Source: Minisyncoccota bacterium
GTDB lineage: Bacteria; Patescibacteriota; Minisyncoccia; Phycocordibacterales; UBA6065
Assembly (NCBI GenBank): GCA_041661645.1
Contig: JBAZUA010000002.1
Location: forward strand, 19,670-83,669
Direction: 5' to 3'
Length of the DNA: 64,000 nt
Below the pieces are notes generated by a model. The model was not told the origin of the DNA and did not search any database. It saw only the letters and a list, made by a program, of their open reading frames with translations. Shown one piece after another: positions 55,043-63,861 of the stretch. The position numbers and the translations under genes were made by a program. Position 1 is the stretch's first letter. The number at the start of each line of letters is the position of its first letter.

Positions 55043-56764
55043 ATGACTAATGAAAACTCTCAGTCGGCCGGCGCCGCGCCTCTCTCTTTCGATACTCTCG
55101 GCATAAGCCCGCGCATACTGGACGTCCTCCATCGCAACAAGTTCACCGTCCCGACGCCCATTCAGCACAAGGTGATTCCTTTCGGCGTGCAGGGCAAGGA
55201 CATCATCGGCATCGCCCAGACGGGAACCGGCAAGACCTTGGCCTTCGGCATCCCCATGATCGAGCGATTGCTCGCCAATCGAAATGCCCGCGGCCTCGTC
55301 GTCCTGCCGACTCGCGAGCTTGCCATTCAGGTCGAGGAGACCATACACCGCATCGGCTCGACCCTGGGCATCAGCTCGGTTGTCCTCATCGGCGGCGAGT
55401 CCGTCACCAAACAGATGCGCCTCCTCAAGCTTAATCCGACCGTCATGATCGCCACCCCGGGGCGACTGCTCGACCACGTCAAGCAGGGCAATGCCCGCCT
55501 CGACAATGTGTCCATCGTCGTTCTCGACGAGGCTGACCATATGTTCGATATCGGCTTTGCCCCTCAGGTACGCGACATCATGAGGCGCGTCTCCAAGGTT
55601 CGCCAGACCCTTCTGTTCTCGGCCACCATGCCCGCCGAGATCGCGACCCTCGCCATGGAGCACATGAAGCTGCCCTTGCGCATCGAGACCGCCGTTCAGG
55701 GAACCTCGGCCACCAATGTCGAGCAGGAGATCATCGTCGTCAACCGACATGCCAAGTTCCCGCTGCTCTCGAGCCTTCTCGCCAAAGAGGACCGAACCCT
55801 TCCCGTCATCGTCTTCTCCCGCACCAAGCACGGAGCCAAGGATATCGCCCTCGGCCTCAGGAACCTCGGCATAACGGCCGTCGAGATTCACGGAAACAGG
55901 TCCCTGGGCCAGCGCAAGGAAGCCCTCGAGGGATTCAAGCAGCACAGGTATCAGGTGCTCGTGGCGACCGACATCGCGGCCCGCGGCATCGACGTTAAAG
56001 ATATTGGGCTCGTCGTGAACTACGACCTTCCCGAGCAGACCGAGGATTACGTCCACCGCATTGGACGAACTGGTCGCGCGGGCAAGTCGGGTAGGGCGGT
56101 GTCGTTCGCCACTCCCGATCAGAAGTTTGATATCGTCGCCATCGAGCGACTCATTAAGAGGCCTATTGCCACGACTCATCACAAGGGCGCGGCTTTGCCC
56201 GCGACTGCGGTTGGCGCGCCGATAGGTGGCGGACGTCAGGGTGGCGCCGTCGGCGGTTACGGCCCTCGCAAGTTCGACAGGCGAGCACCTGTGGGTGCTT
56301 TCAAGGTTCACACCAATCAGCCCTTCAAGGGCGGCGCTCCCAAGGGATATGTTCCACGGTCTGCCGCGGCACGACCAGTGGGCGCACATGCATGGCAGAG
56401 GCCTGCGGCAACGGGTGGACGACCTTCATACGGTCCTTCTCGCGGCGCGTCTACATCATACGGCCCAAAGCGCGCCTTCAATTCGGGACGACCTTCGTTC
56501 GGCTCAAGGCCGACTTCGGGTGGAGCTCGTCCGGCTTTCGGCGTGGCACGACCTGTATCGGCTCCAAAGCCTTTCCGTACCGACCCTTCCTTCGTCGCCG
56601 GCTTCAAGGGCGGATATCAGGGAAGCAATCCTCGCCCGGCGGGCAGCGATTTCAAGGCGGCACGAACGGGCGGGGCATCTCGCCCAAGCGGCCCATACAA
56701 GGGAAATGGCCCACGAACCGGCGGCGCGCCTCGCCCGGGTGGATCTTTCAGGAAGAGTCGATAG
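55043..56764 (+). CDS. DEAD-box RNA helicase with a Gly/Arg/Pro-rich C-terminal tail.
   Basis: Q-motif, AQTGTGKT, DEAD, SAT, and HRIGRTGRAG. The C-terminal tail of about 190 aa is low-complexity. Confidence 0.85.
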   Translation: MTNENSQSAGAAPLSFDTLGISPRILDVLHRNKFTVPTPIQHKVIPFGVQGKDIIGIAQTGTGKTLAFGIPMIERLLANRNARGLVVLPTRELAIQVEETIHRIGSTLGISSVVLIGGESVTKQMRLLKLNPTVMIATPGRLLDHVKQGNARLDNVSIVVLDEADHMFDIGFAPQVRDIMRRVSKVRQTLLFSATMPAEIATLAMEHMKLPLRIETAVQGTSATNVEQEIIVVNRHAKFPLLSSLLAKEDRTLPVIVFSRTKHGAKDIALGLRNLGITAVEIHGNRSLGQRKEALEGFKQHRYQVLVATDIAARGIDVKDIGLVVNYDLPEQTEDYVHRIGRTGRAGKSGRAVSFATPDQKFDIVAIERLIKRPIATTHHKGAALPATAVGAPIGGGRQGGAVGGYGPRKFDRRAPVGAFKVHTNQPFKGGAPKGYVPRSAAARPVGAHAWQRPAATGGRPSYGPSRGASTSYGPKRAFNSGRPSFGSRPTSGGARPAFGVARPVSAPKPFRTDPSFVAGFKGGYQGSNPRPAGSDFKAARTGGASRPSGPYKGNGPRTGGAPRPGGSFRKSR

Positions 56765-56785
56765 TTTTATATTCAAAGACAAAAC

Positions 56786-56817
56786 GAAAAACACCTCAAT
56801 CGATTGAGGTGTTTTTC
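56786..56817 (+). terminator. Rho-independent terminator.
   Basis: acacctcaat-cg-attgaggtgt followed by a T-run. The same 10-bp stem occurs at 63833. Confidence 0.65.
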
Positions 56818-56933
56818 GTGGCTCACCATAAGGCTATTTTTGTATGTCTTGGACTAAATAAAATAAAGATAAAGAAAAAATAAAATTTTGTGCTAGAGTT
56901 TGCCATAGAAGATTCTCAAGGAATTCTAAAGAA

Positions 56934-57380
56934 ATGATAAGGAAACGCATAAAAACCCCTGTCGCCACTTCGGTCGCCGTATCAAACGTGATGAAGGCGA
57001 ACAAGTCTACGAATACTAAGCCCGAGCTTCTTATGCGTAGGCATCTATCATTGATCTCGGTTCGGGGGTATCGACTGCATTGGAAGAAGGCTCCGGGTAA
57101 GCCAGACATTGCGTTTCCAGGGCGAAAAATAGCTGTTGTCGTAAATGGTTGTTTCTGGCATGGATGCAGAAAATGTGGGGCGAAGATGCCCAAGACAAAT
57201 AAGGCATTCTGGTCTCAAAAAATTCTAGGCAATCGTAGGAGGGACGAAAGGAATCTGAAAACTTTGAGAGGACTAGGTTGGAAGGTCTTCGTTGTCTGGG
57301 AGCATGATTTAAAGAAGGGCAAAGGGGTTGCGGTCGCTAATCAAATCAGGGTGTTTGTTGATAAATTTGCAGCAAAATGA
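56934..57380 (+). CDS. vsr: Very-short-patch-repair (Vsr) endonuclease.
   Basis: TKPELLMRRHL...GYRLHWKKAPGKPDIAFPGRKIAVVVNGCFWHGC...NKAFWSQKILGNRRRDE...GWKVFVVWEHDL matches Vsr along its whole length. Confidence 0.8.
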   Translation: MIRKRIKTPVATSVAVSNVMKANKSTNTKPELLMRRHLSLISVRGYRLHWKKAPGKPDIAFPGRKIAVVVNGCFWHGCRKCGAKMPKTNKAFWSQKILGNRRRDERNLKTLRGLGWKVFVVWEHDLKKGKGVAVANQIRVFVDKFAAK

Positions 57381-58333
57381 AAAAGATAAACAGAAATGCT
57401 TTCAATGAAAAATTGATCCATAGGTACCTCTTTGAGCGATATTATTTTGCTCCGAAAGATATACGTAACAAACTTCTCCCTGCTGAATATCATAAGGATT
57501 CAATCAATTTGATTGCCCCGGAAGATTCTGGGGAAAAGGAGGGTTATCGTGCAGATCTAACGATCTTTTTCAAAGATAAAGAACAAGGTGTCCCTGTCGA
57601 AGTTAAATGGTTTGGAAAGGGTCTCACTAAACAAAATCAGATAGACTATCTTTTAAAGCATAATGGCTTCATTGTTTCTTTTGGGGATGTCGAGGAGGGT
57701 TTGCCTGTTAAACATATCGTCATAGACCCGAACGATTTTTTGGAGTGGACTCAGTTTAATATTTCGAAATTAACTAGGGAGTCACTGATCTATCAAGCCG
57801 GGATAAAAACTCTTGGTTCTAGTCAGCACTGGGTTGTATTTTTAAGGGGGACGTCTCATGAAAATTTCTTTAAAATGTTGAGACATTCAAAGAGGTCACC
57901 TTTTTGGGCATATAAACAAAATGAGCACGCGCTTAGAAACATATTGAATATTCAGCAGGGAGATAGTGTCTTGTTTATCTTGGGCTATGCCAGCGAGGGG
58001 ATGGGTATGAGTAATAATCCAAATCTCAAGTTACAGATTCGAGCCTGGTATGAGGTTATAGTTAAAGATCCCTATTACATGATATTGAAAGGGGATAAAG
58101 GTACTTTCTTTGAATCGGGTGATATTCCTGTAAATAAGAGGAGGTGGCCTCATTTTGTCGATTTTGAGATCAGGGACTCATTTGAGTGGCCTTCACGGGT
58201 TGAATTTGGGAAGCGTGGCGAATACGCAAGTGCTTTTGCTGAGTCCGTTAATTATGGTTCGGGAGCTCCCGCACCACTTTTGCGAGCTCAGTACGAACAT
58301 CTGGCTGATTCTCTCAGGAAAATTTCTAAATAA
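57377..58333 (+). CDS. Putative modification-dependent nuclease: an N-terminal PD-(D/E)xK-like core plus a C-terminal EVE/PUA-like domain.
   Basis: YRADLTIFFKDKEQGVPVEVKW is the D...E-x-K arrangement. The C-terminal HWVVFLRG...FWAYKQNEHALRNI...GDSVLFILG resembles an EVE/ASCH PUA-like fold. The gene is AT-rich and overlaps vsr by 4 nt. Confidence 0.35.
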   Translation: MKKINRNAFNEKLIHRYLFERYYFAPKDIRNKLLPAEYHKDSINLIAPEDSGEKEGYRADLTIFFKDKEQGVPVEVKWFGKGLTKQNQIDYLLKHNGFIVSFGDVEEGLPVKHIVIDPNDFLEWTQFNISKLTRESLIYQAGIKTLGSSQHWVVFLRGTSHENFFKMLRHSKRSPFWAYKQNEHALRNILNIQQGDSVLFILGYASEGMGMSNNPNLKLQIRAWYEVIVKDPYYMILKGDKGTFFESGDIPVNKRRWPHFVDFEIRDSFEWPSRVEFGKRGEYASAFAESVNYGSGAPAPLLRAQYEHLADSLRKISK

Positions 58334-58337
58334 AAAT

Positions 58338-59033
58338 ATGAAAGAAATTTTTTCACATGCAGAGATGTCGGTGAGAGAAGGTTTCCCGATTCAAAAGGGT
58401 ATGAATTTTCGTCCCAGAGAAAAGGGATACTCGATTTTCTTGATGTCCGTGAGGGAGGATAGTCCCTATAACGATAATTTTGATGAGGACCTACAGGTAT
58501 TGATTTATGAAGGTGAAGATATAACCCGGGCAGAACAAGACCATCCAAAGGAATTTGATCAGCCCTTATTTACCAAGTTAGGGGGGCTCACAAGTAACGG
58601 TAAGTTTTTTCAGGCTGCGGAGGCTTATAAATTTAAGAGAAAAAATGTCCCGGAAATTATAAAGGTCTACGAAAAGATAAACACCAATATTTGGGCAGAC
58701 AAGGGCTTGTTTAGTCTTGTTGATGCTCGTTTCGAATACAGTGAGGATGAAAAAAGGAAGGTCTTTAAATTTGTTCTTAAGCTGCAATCTGTAGAAGATG
58801 CAAAAACTCTTCAAGAAAAAGAACAGTTTGAATTTTCTCGTCGTATTCCAACGGATGTAAAGAGATTGGTGTGGAAACGTGATGGGGGTAAATGTGTTAC
58901 CTGCGGTGCCAATTCAGATCTCCATTTCGATCACGTCATACCCTTTTCGAAAGGTGGCAGTAGCAATGACTCTAAAAATGTTCAGATTTTGTGTTCTCGA
59001 CACAACTTAGAAAAATCAGCTCGTATTCAGTAG
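58338..59033 (+). CDS. HNH endonuclease with an N-terminal domain of about 170 aa that may be SRA-like (not confirmed).
   Basis: C-terminal HNH: GGKCVTCGANSDLHFDHVIPFSKGGSSNDSKNVQILCSRHNLEKS. In the N-terminus, GFPIQKGMNFRPREKGY...SPYNDNFDEDLQVLIYEGED is loosely SRA-like. This architecture is known in SRA-HNH type IV enzymes. Confidence 0.55.
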   Translation: MKEIFSHAEMSVREGFPIQKGMNFRPREKGYSIFLMSVREDSPYNDNFDEDLQVLIYEGEDITRAEQDHPKEFDQPLFTKLGGLTSNGKFFQAAEAYKFKRKNVPEIIKVYEKINTNIWADKGLFSLVDARFEYSEDEKRKVFKFVLKLQSVEDAKTLQEKEQFEFSRRIPTDVKRLVWKRDGGKCVTCGANSDLHFDHVIPFSKGGSSNDSKNVQILCSRHNLEKSARIQ

Positions 59034-59049
59034 GCCCTTCTCATTTTAA

Positions 59050-59289
59050 ATGTACCACCTCTACATCCTCCTCTGTTCCGACGACACCCTCTACACCGGC
59101 ATCACGACCGATCTCGCGCGTCGCGTGGAGGAGCATAACTCGTCCTCCCTCGGGGCCAAGTACACACGGGGAAGGCGGCCGGTGAGGCTCGTCTATTCGA
59201 AGGTCTTTCCCGACAGGTCATCCGCCTCGGTCGAGGAGGCGCGGGTCAAGAGGCTCTCTAGGGATGAAAAGCGTGCCCTGGTCCTTTAG
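59050..59289 (+). CDS. GIY-YIG nuclease-superfamily small protein (YhbQ/UPF0213-like).
   Basis: YHLYILLCSDDTLYTGITTDLARRVEEHN is the GIY-YIG core. Confidence 0.7.
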   Translation: MYHLYILLCSDDTLYTGITTDLARRVEEHNSSSLGAKYTRGRRPVRLVYSKVFPDRSSASVEEARVKRLSRDEKRALVL

Positions 59290-59677
59290 GATCGTGCGCA
59301 GGAGGGTGCGCCGCGCTCTGAGGCGTTCATCGCGCGCGGCGCATGCAAAGTACCTCGAGCACAAGGAGGCCGCCCGAGCCCTCGTCCACGCCCGCCTCGC
59401 TCACTTCAATCAGTTCTACGGATTCACCTATGGATCGGTCGCCATCCGCGACCAGAGAAGCCGCTGGGGAAGCTGCTCGTCCGCGGGCAATCTCAACTTC
59501 AACTATCGCATCGCCCTGTTGCCGCCGCATCTCTCCGACTACGTCATCGTCCACGAGCTCTGCCACAGGGGAGAGTTCAACCACTCGCAGAGGTTCTGGG
59601 ACCTGGTGGCGAGGGTGATGCCGGACTATCTGGCTTTACGTGCCGAATTGAAGGCCATCCGGCTTTCCTCAATCTGA
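59264..59677 (+). CDS. YgjP/DUF45 (SprT-like) zinc metallohydrolase family protein.
   Basis: WGSCSSAGNLNFNYRIALLPPHLSDYVIVHELCH, with HExxH in VHELCH. The track start overlaps the GIY-YIG gene by 26 nt and the true start is uncertain. Confidence 0.55.
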   Translation: MKSVPWSFRIVRRRVRRALRRSSRAAHAKYLEHKEAARALVHARLAHFNQFYGFTYGSVAIRDQRSRWGSCSSAGNLNFNYRIALLPPHLSDYVIVHELCHRGEFNHSQRFWDLVARVMPDYLALRAELKAIRLSSI

Positions 59678-59794
59678 TTGGTCCCCCTTCGATCGCTTCC
59701 TGTCTTTAGATTGCCTTTTTTCGGAATCTGCCTAGTATTGAAACCAGCACAGATCATCGTCAGACAACAATCAATATTCAAGGAGACACTCGAT

Positions 59795-60661
59795 ATGGAA
59801 GCGTACACATTCGGCCGGTTAAACGGCCATTCGACAGGCATCATCATGAAGGAGCTGGTCCGCAGGGCCATCACCATCATCAGGAATCAGCGTCAGTCGT
59901 TCGAAGCTACCGTCAAGCAGGGGTATGACGGGAACATGAACGACGTGTTCACCTCGGCTGACAATGCCGCTCAGGAGATATACATCAAGTCCCTCAGGGA
60001 GTGCTTTCCTGACATCGGCATCATCGCCGAGGAGGAATCTCTCTCGATTACCGCCACGGAGGGCGTCTCGGCATACTTCACCGTCGATCCGCTCGACGGC
60101 ACCAAGGCCTTCATCAGGCGTCAGTCGAGCGGCGTCGGCAGCATGATTGCCCTCGTTTTTGAGGGGAAGGTCATCGCGGCCTTCATCGGAGACACCAACA
60201 CGCAGGAGATCTATGGGTTTCGCCCTGGGTCGAAGAGCGTGCGGCGCATCACCGAGTTCAACAACTCGGAACGGCTCACCTCGGGAAAGCGGGCGCCGCT
60301 TATCGAGCAATACGTCATCCTTCGGGACCGCGAAAGCGCCTACTCGGCACAGTCGCGCAAGTTAATCGACAGCTGTTTCAAGAACGTTGCCATCGACGGT
60401 GGCAGCATCGGCACTTGGTTCGCCAGGCTCTGGAAGAGGGAGGTCGCGGCCGCCCTCTTGCCCCCGTCATGGGAGACGCCGTGGGATTCGGCGCCGACCG
60501 TCGGCATATCGCTCACCCTCGGCTATGTCTTCCTGAGGCCGTCCCCGGATGGCTGGGAGGAATACGACCCCATCGTCAGTCCCGAGAAATACAAAAGGAC
60601 TCACGAGACCCTTGTCATTCATCGCGATGACCTGGCCGGGTTCCACATGCGGGCTGCTTGA
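59795..60661 (+). CDS. Inositol monophosphatase/CysQ family (FIG-superfamily) phosphatase.
   Basis: The internal ATG has an AGGAGA Shine-Dalgarno sequence. Motifs IAEEES and FTVDPLDGTKAF (DPxDGT). Confidence 0.7.
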   Translation: MEAYTFGRLNGHSTGIIMKELVRRAITIIRNQRQSFEATVKQGYDGNMNDVFTSADNAAQEIYIKSLRECFPDIGIIAEEESLSITATEGVSAYFTVDPLDGTKAFIRRQSSGVGSMIALVFEGKVIAAFIGDTNTQEIYGFRPGSKSVRRITEFNNSERLTSGKRAPLIEQYVILRDRESAYSAQSRKLIDSCFKNVAIDGGSIGTWFARLWKREVAAALLPPSWETPWDSAPTVGISLTLGYVFLRPSPDGWEEYDPIVSPEKYKRTHETLVIHRDDLAGFHMRAA

Positions 60662-60761
60662 TCGTTCAAGATTGCAGGGGATTATGCGGGCCGCTGTACC
60701 TTCAAGGTGCGGCGGCCTTTTGTTTTCCTCCACATGCGGCGCGCTGGTGTATACTGGACAT

Positions 60762-61166
60762 ATGAAAAAAGGATACATTTCAAACATCGAGAATCTGACG
60801 GTCGGGAACGGTGATTTCAGGCGCGTGCTGTACACGGGACAGTTCTCCCAGCTCGTGCTCATGAGCCTCCTGCCCAGCGAGGAGATCGGCAACGAGATGC
60901 ACACCGTCGACCAATTCTTCCGCTTCGAGAGGGGGCAGGGAAAGGTGATCCTGAACAACAGCGAGGAGCATCTCGTCGCCGACGGCTCGGCCGTGATCGT
61001 GCCCGCGGGAACCTGGCATAACATCATCAACACCTCGACGACGGACAGCCTCAAGCTCTACACTTTATATTGCCCTCCGCATCATCGCGATGGCGTCGTC
61101 CACGTGACCAAGGCAGAGGGCGAAACGGACAAGACCGACGAGTTTCAGGGGGTGACGACGGAGTAG
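60762..61166 (+). CDS. Cupin-domain protein.
   Basis: The internal ATG gives a 134-aa protein. GQGKVILNN...AVIVPAGTWHNIIN is a cupin two-motif pattern. Confidence 0.55.
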   Translation: MKKGYISNIENLTVGNGDFRRVLYTGQFSQLVLMSLLPSEEIGNEMHTVDQFFRFERGQGKVILNNSEEHLVADGSAVIVPAGTWHNIINTSTTDSLKLYTLYCPPHHRDGVVHVTKAEGETDKTDEFQGVTTE

Positions 61167-61350
61167 CTTGCACGAGTCTTTTCTTCTGTGTATTATACGA
61201 ATGTGCCTGTGGGCGAAAGCCCCGTTCAGCCAACAAATTCTGTAAGCTGAAGGCAGGCATAATAAAAAACATCACCGAAAGGTGGTGTTTTTCGTTCCTA
61301 AAATACGTTTTTTATAATTCCTTTAGCACCTCTGTGATATATTTCCCGGC

Positions 61351-61950
61351 ATGAAAAATAATGAGATCAAAAAACTCAAGGCGGGAATATTCATAGATGG
61401 CTCTAATTTGCTCTGGTCCATGAAGTCAAAGAACTTTAAGGGCGAAAAGACCAATTACGACATCTGTTTCGAGAAGTTGTTCGCGTTTCTGCACGAGACG
61501 TATTCGCCTGTCTTTTGTAATTACTATGTGTGCGAGGATAAGGGTGCTGTTTCGGAGCCTTATCTGACGAGAGCCCGCTCCCAAGGGAAATTCTTCGATA
61601 AGTTGGGTACTTTCGGATATAGCGTCATAAGGAAAAATCTTAAACATGTAGGCGATGTAACAAAGTGTGATACAGATGTGGAAATCGTGATGGACATGCA
61701 TCGTCGAGAAAAAGATATTGATTTAATTGTGCTGTTTTCGGGAGATTCTGATTTCAGATCGGCGCTCCAACATTTTCATTCCCAAGGGAAGTTTATTCAC
61801 GTGTATAGCTTTGCGAATTTTTTGTCATGGGAGCTCAGAGAGTTTACAAGCAATAGCCTGAATTGCGGATACACTCTTTTGGGTGAAATGAGGGGTAGAA
61901 TTGAGAGGGTGAGGGTAATTCCCGGAACCGTTGACATCGGAAAAGTCTGA
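61351..61950 (+). CDS. NYN/LabA-like PIN-fold nuclease domain protein.
   Basis: GIFIDGSNL at the N-terminus and a later acidic cluster (DTDVEIVMD...LFSGDSDF). Confidence 0.6.
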   Translation: MKNNEIKKLKAGIFIDGSNLLWSMKSKNFKGEKTNYDICFEKLFAFLHETYSPVFCNYYVCEDKGAVSEPYLTRARSQGKFFDKLGTFGYSVIRKNLKHVGDVTKCDTDVEIVMDMHRREKDIDLIVLFSGDSDFRSALQHFHSQGKFIHVYSFANFLSWELREFTSNSLNCGYTLLGEMRGRIERVRVIPGTVDIGKV

Positions 61951-62122
61951 GTCTATACTTGAGGTATTAGATTTAACCGCCCTCCAGAAATGGAGGGCGG
62001 TCTGCTTTTATAGAGTTATCCCCAACAGGGAATCCCTCACCCCTTGCAGGTGAACACTAGTTCACCTATACTATCTACATACAGATTTCGACCGAAATTT
62101 AAACGATATAAACGCAAAACAT

Positions 62123-62332
62123 ATGAGCAAAACGACTTTGGCCAAGACGATAAAAAAGGAGCTGGTGGCACTCAACTGGAACATCGACATGAAGATCATC
62201 AGGGGTGTTTCATACAAGCAGGACGCCCGACGACACAAGTTCCTCATCGCTCAGCTCCAGTATCTCACCCGCGCCAACAGCACGAGCTGGCTCCAGAGGA
62301 CCGCGGGCATGGTAACTTCCTTCATGCTCTAG
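62123..62332 (+). CDS. Small hypothetical protein (69 aa).
   Basis: An ATG ORF in the intergenic region before lexA. It has no motif and low support. Confidence 0.2.
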   Translation: MSKTTLAKTIKKELVALNWNIDMKIIRGVSYKQDARRHKFLIAQLQYLTRANSTSWLQRTAGMVTSFML

Positions 62333-62360
62333 GATATAATGGGCAGGACGCTTTATATCC
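62332..62360. promoter_or_regulatory. Palindrome overlapping a TATAAT box upstream of lexA, a candidate operator.
   Basis: ggatataa-N14-ttatatcc has 8-bp inverted arms. A TATAAT lies within the left arm. Confidence 0.25.
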
Positions 62361-62365
62361 ACTCA

Positions 62366-62932
62366 ATGTTCACGGAATACAAAAACAAGATCACGGGGTT
62401 CTATGCCAAGAACAAGCGCATGCCCGGTTACAAGGAGATCATGGATCTCACGGGCTTCAAGTCCAAGAACGCCGTCTACAAACTCATCAACAAGCTCGTC
62501 GAAACGGGCGTTGTGACCAAGGACGAGCAGGGAAGGCTCTCACCGACCCGCCTCATGGACGAGGTGCCGCTCCTTGGTCTCGTCGAGGCGGGTTTCCCGA
62601 CCCTCACCGAACAGCACGAGCTCGATACCCTCAACATAAACACCTATCTCGTCGAGGACAAGGAGAACTCGTATGTGCTCGAGGTGAAGGGTGATTCCAT
62701 GATCGAAGAGGGCATCAGGGAGGGTGATCTCGTCGTCGCCGAGAAGAACAATAATGCCAAGGTCGGTGACATCGTCATTGCCGAGGTGGATGGGGGCTGG
62801 ACCATGAAGTTCTTCCGCAAGAAGGGCAATCAGGTCTACCTCGAGCCGGCCAATAAAAACTACAAGCCAATCTACCCCGAATACGACCTCAAGATCGTCG
62901 CCGTGGTTAAGGGCGTTATCCGTAAATACTAA
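62366..62932 (+). CDS. lexA: LexA repressor.
   Basis: N-terminal wHTH (GYKEIMDLTGFKSKNAVYKLINKLVETGVV). The C-terminal S24 peptidase carries the GDSM Ser and a Lys dyad (EVKGDSMIEEGI...AVVKG). The internal ATG is preferred over the track start. Confidence 0.75.
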   Translation: MFTEYKNKITGFYAKNKRMPGYKEIMDLTGFKSKNAVYKLINKLVETGVVTKDEQGRLSPTRLMDEVPLLGLVEAGFPTLTEQHELDTLNINTYLVEDKENSYVLEVKGDSMIEEGIREGDLVVAEKNNNAKVGDIVIAEVDGGWTMKFFRKKGNQVYLEPANKNYKPIYPEYDLKIVAVVKGVIRKY

Positions 62933-62933
62933 T

Positions 62934-63272
62934 ATGCAGAAATTCATTAAAAGCTTCATCTGGGCGGCAAAGGGCCTCAAGTCAGTATGGGTTGAGGAGT
63001 TCAACTTCAGGATCGAGATACTGATTGGCACTCTCGCCGTCATCGCTGCCTTCATGCGCGACTTCAGTCCGGGACAATGGGTCTTTTTGGTACTCACCAT
63101 CGCCCTTGTTCTCATGGGCGAGATAGTCAACACCGTCATCGAAGACATCTGTAACAAGATTCAGCCCGAGCATGATGCTGTCATTGGCAGAATCAAGGAC
63201 ATGATGGCCGGATATGTGCTCGTCTCGTCCGTCGCCGCTGTCATCGTCGGCCTCTTCCTTTTCCTCGCCTAA
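62934..63272 (+). CDS. dgkA: Diacylglycerol kinase / undecaprenol kinase (DgkA family).
   Basis: Three transmembrane helices and the EIVNTVIED signature. Confidence 0.75.
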   Translation: MQKFIKSFIWAAKGLKSVWVEEFNFRIEILIGTLAVIAAFMRDFSPGQWVFLVLTIALVLMGEIVNTVIEDICNKIQPEHDAVIGRIKDMMAGYVLVSSVAAVIVGLFLFLA

Positions 63273-63281
63273 TTTTCATAT

Positions 63282-63797
63282 ATGTCAGGAGCATCAAAAA
63301 TTGTGCGTGTGAACGACTTGATGCAGAAAGGCTATTCATATGAATTGTCCGCGCCCCCGGGCGCGGATTTCGATCCCGACTTCAGGCCGGACCTCACTCC
63401 CGCCGAATGCCTCGAGCTTGGCGTCTTTGGCGGCAGGTACATGACTGATTGCGTGGGTGAGTTTCCTGCGAGCTGGTTTGCCAAGGCAAAGCTATCGCAC
63501 ATAAAACATGACCCGAAGCTAAACTTTTTCGGCGTGAATGCCTCACAGTCCCTGGGCGAGTGGCTGCGCAAGGGCTGGATATACAGGGACGACCCACGCG
63601 GCTGGTTTCAGTGGTATTGCAGGTATTATATGGGCCGCAGGATTCAGGGCGAGGATAAGCGGCAGATAAAAAGGTGGAAGGCCATGCGAAGGCATGTGGC
63701 ACAGGTCGCCCACAGTTGCCGCCCGGGGGATTTCTTCTGCCACAGGAAACAGCGCCAGGCCCTCCTCCATTGGGCGTATGACAGCAGGAAGCTATAA
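63282..63797 (+). CDS. Hypothetical Cys/Trp-rich protein (171 aa).
   Basis: ATG start with a terminator after it. I recognise no family. Confidence 0.45.
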   Translation: MSGASKIVRVNDLMQKGYSYELSAPPGADFDPDFRPDLTPAECLELGVFGGRYMTDCVGEFPASWFAKAKLSHIKHDPKLNFFGVNASQSLGEWLRKGWIYRDDPRGWFQWYCRYYMGRRIQGEDKRQIKRWKAMRRHVAQVAHSCRPGDFFCHRKQRQALLHWAYDSRKL

Positions 63798-63828
63798 ATA
63801 GACAAATATAAGTAAATAGAGGGCCATG

Positions 63829-63860
63829 AAAAACACCTCAATGAATTGAGGTGTTTTTTG
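63829..63860. terminator. Bidirectional intrinsic terminator.
   Basis: acacctcaat-gaa-ttgaggtgt flanked by an A-run and a T-run. Confidence 0.65.
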
Positions 63861-63861
63861 T

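Noticed and set aside
56934-57380. Vsr as part of a canonical Dcm-Vsr pair.
   Set aside because: No C5-cytosine methyltransferase motifs (PCQ...ENV) were found anywhere in the window. The only MTase present is the ParB-fused beta-class N6A/N4C enzyme.
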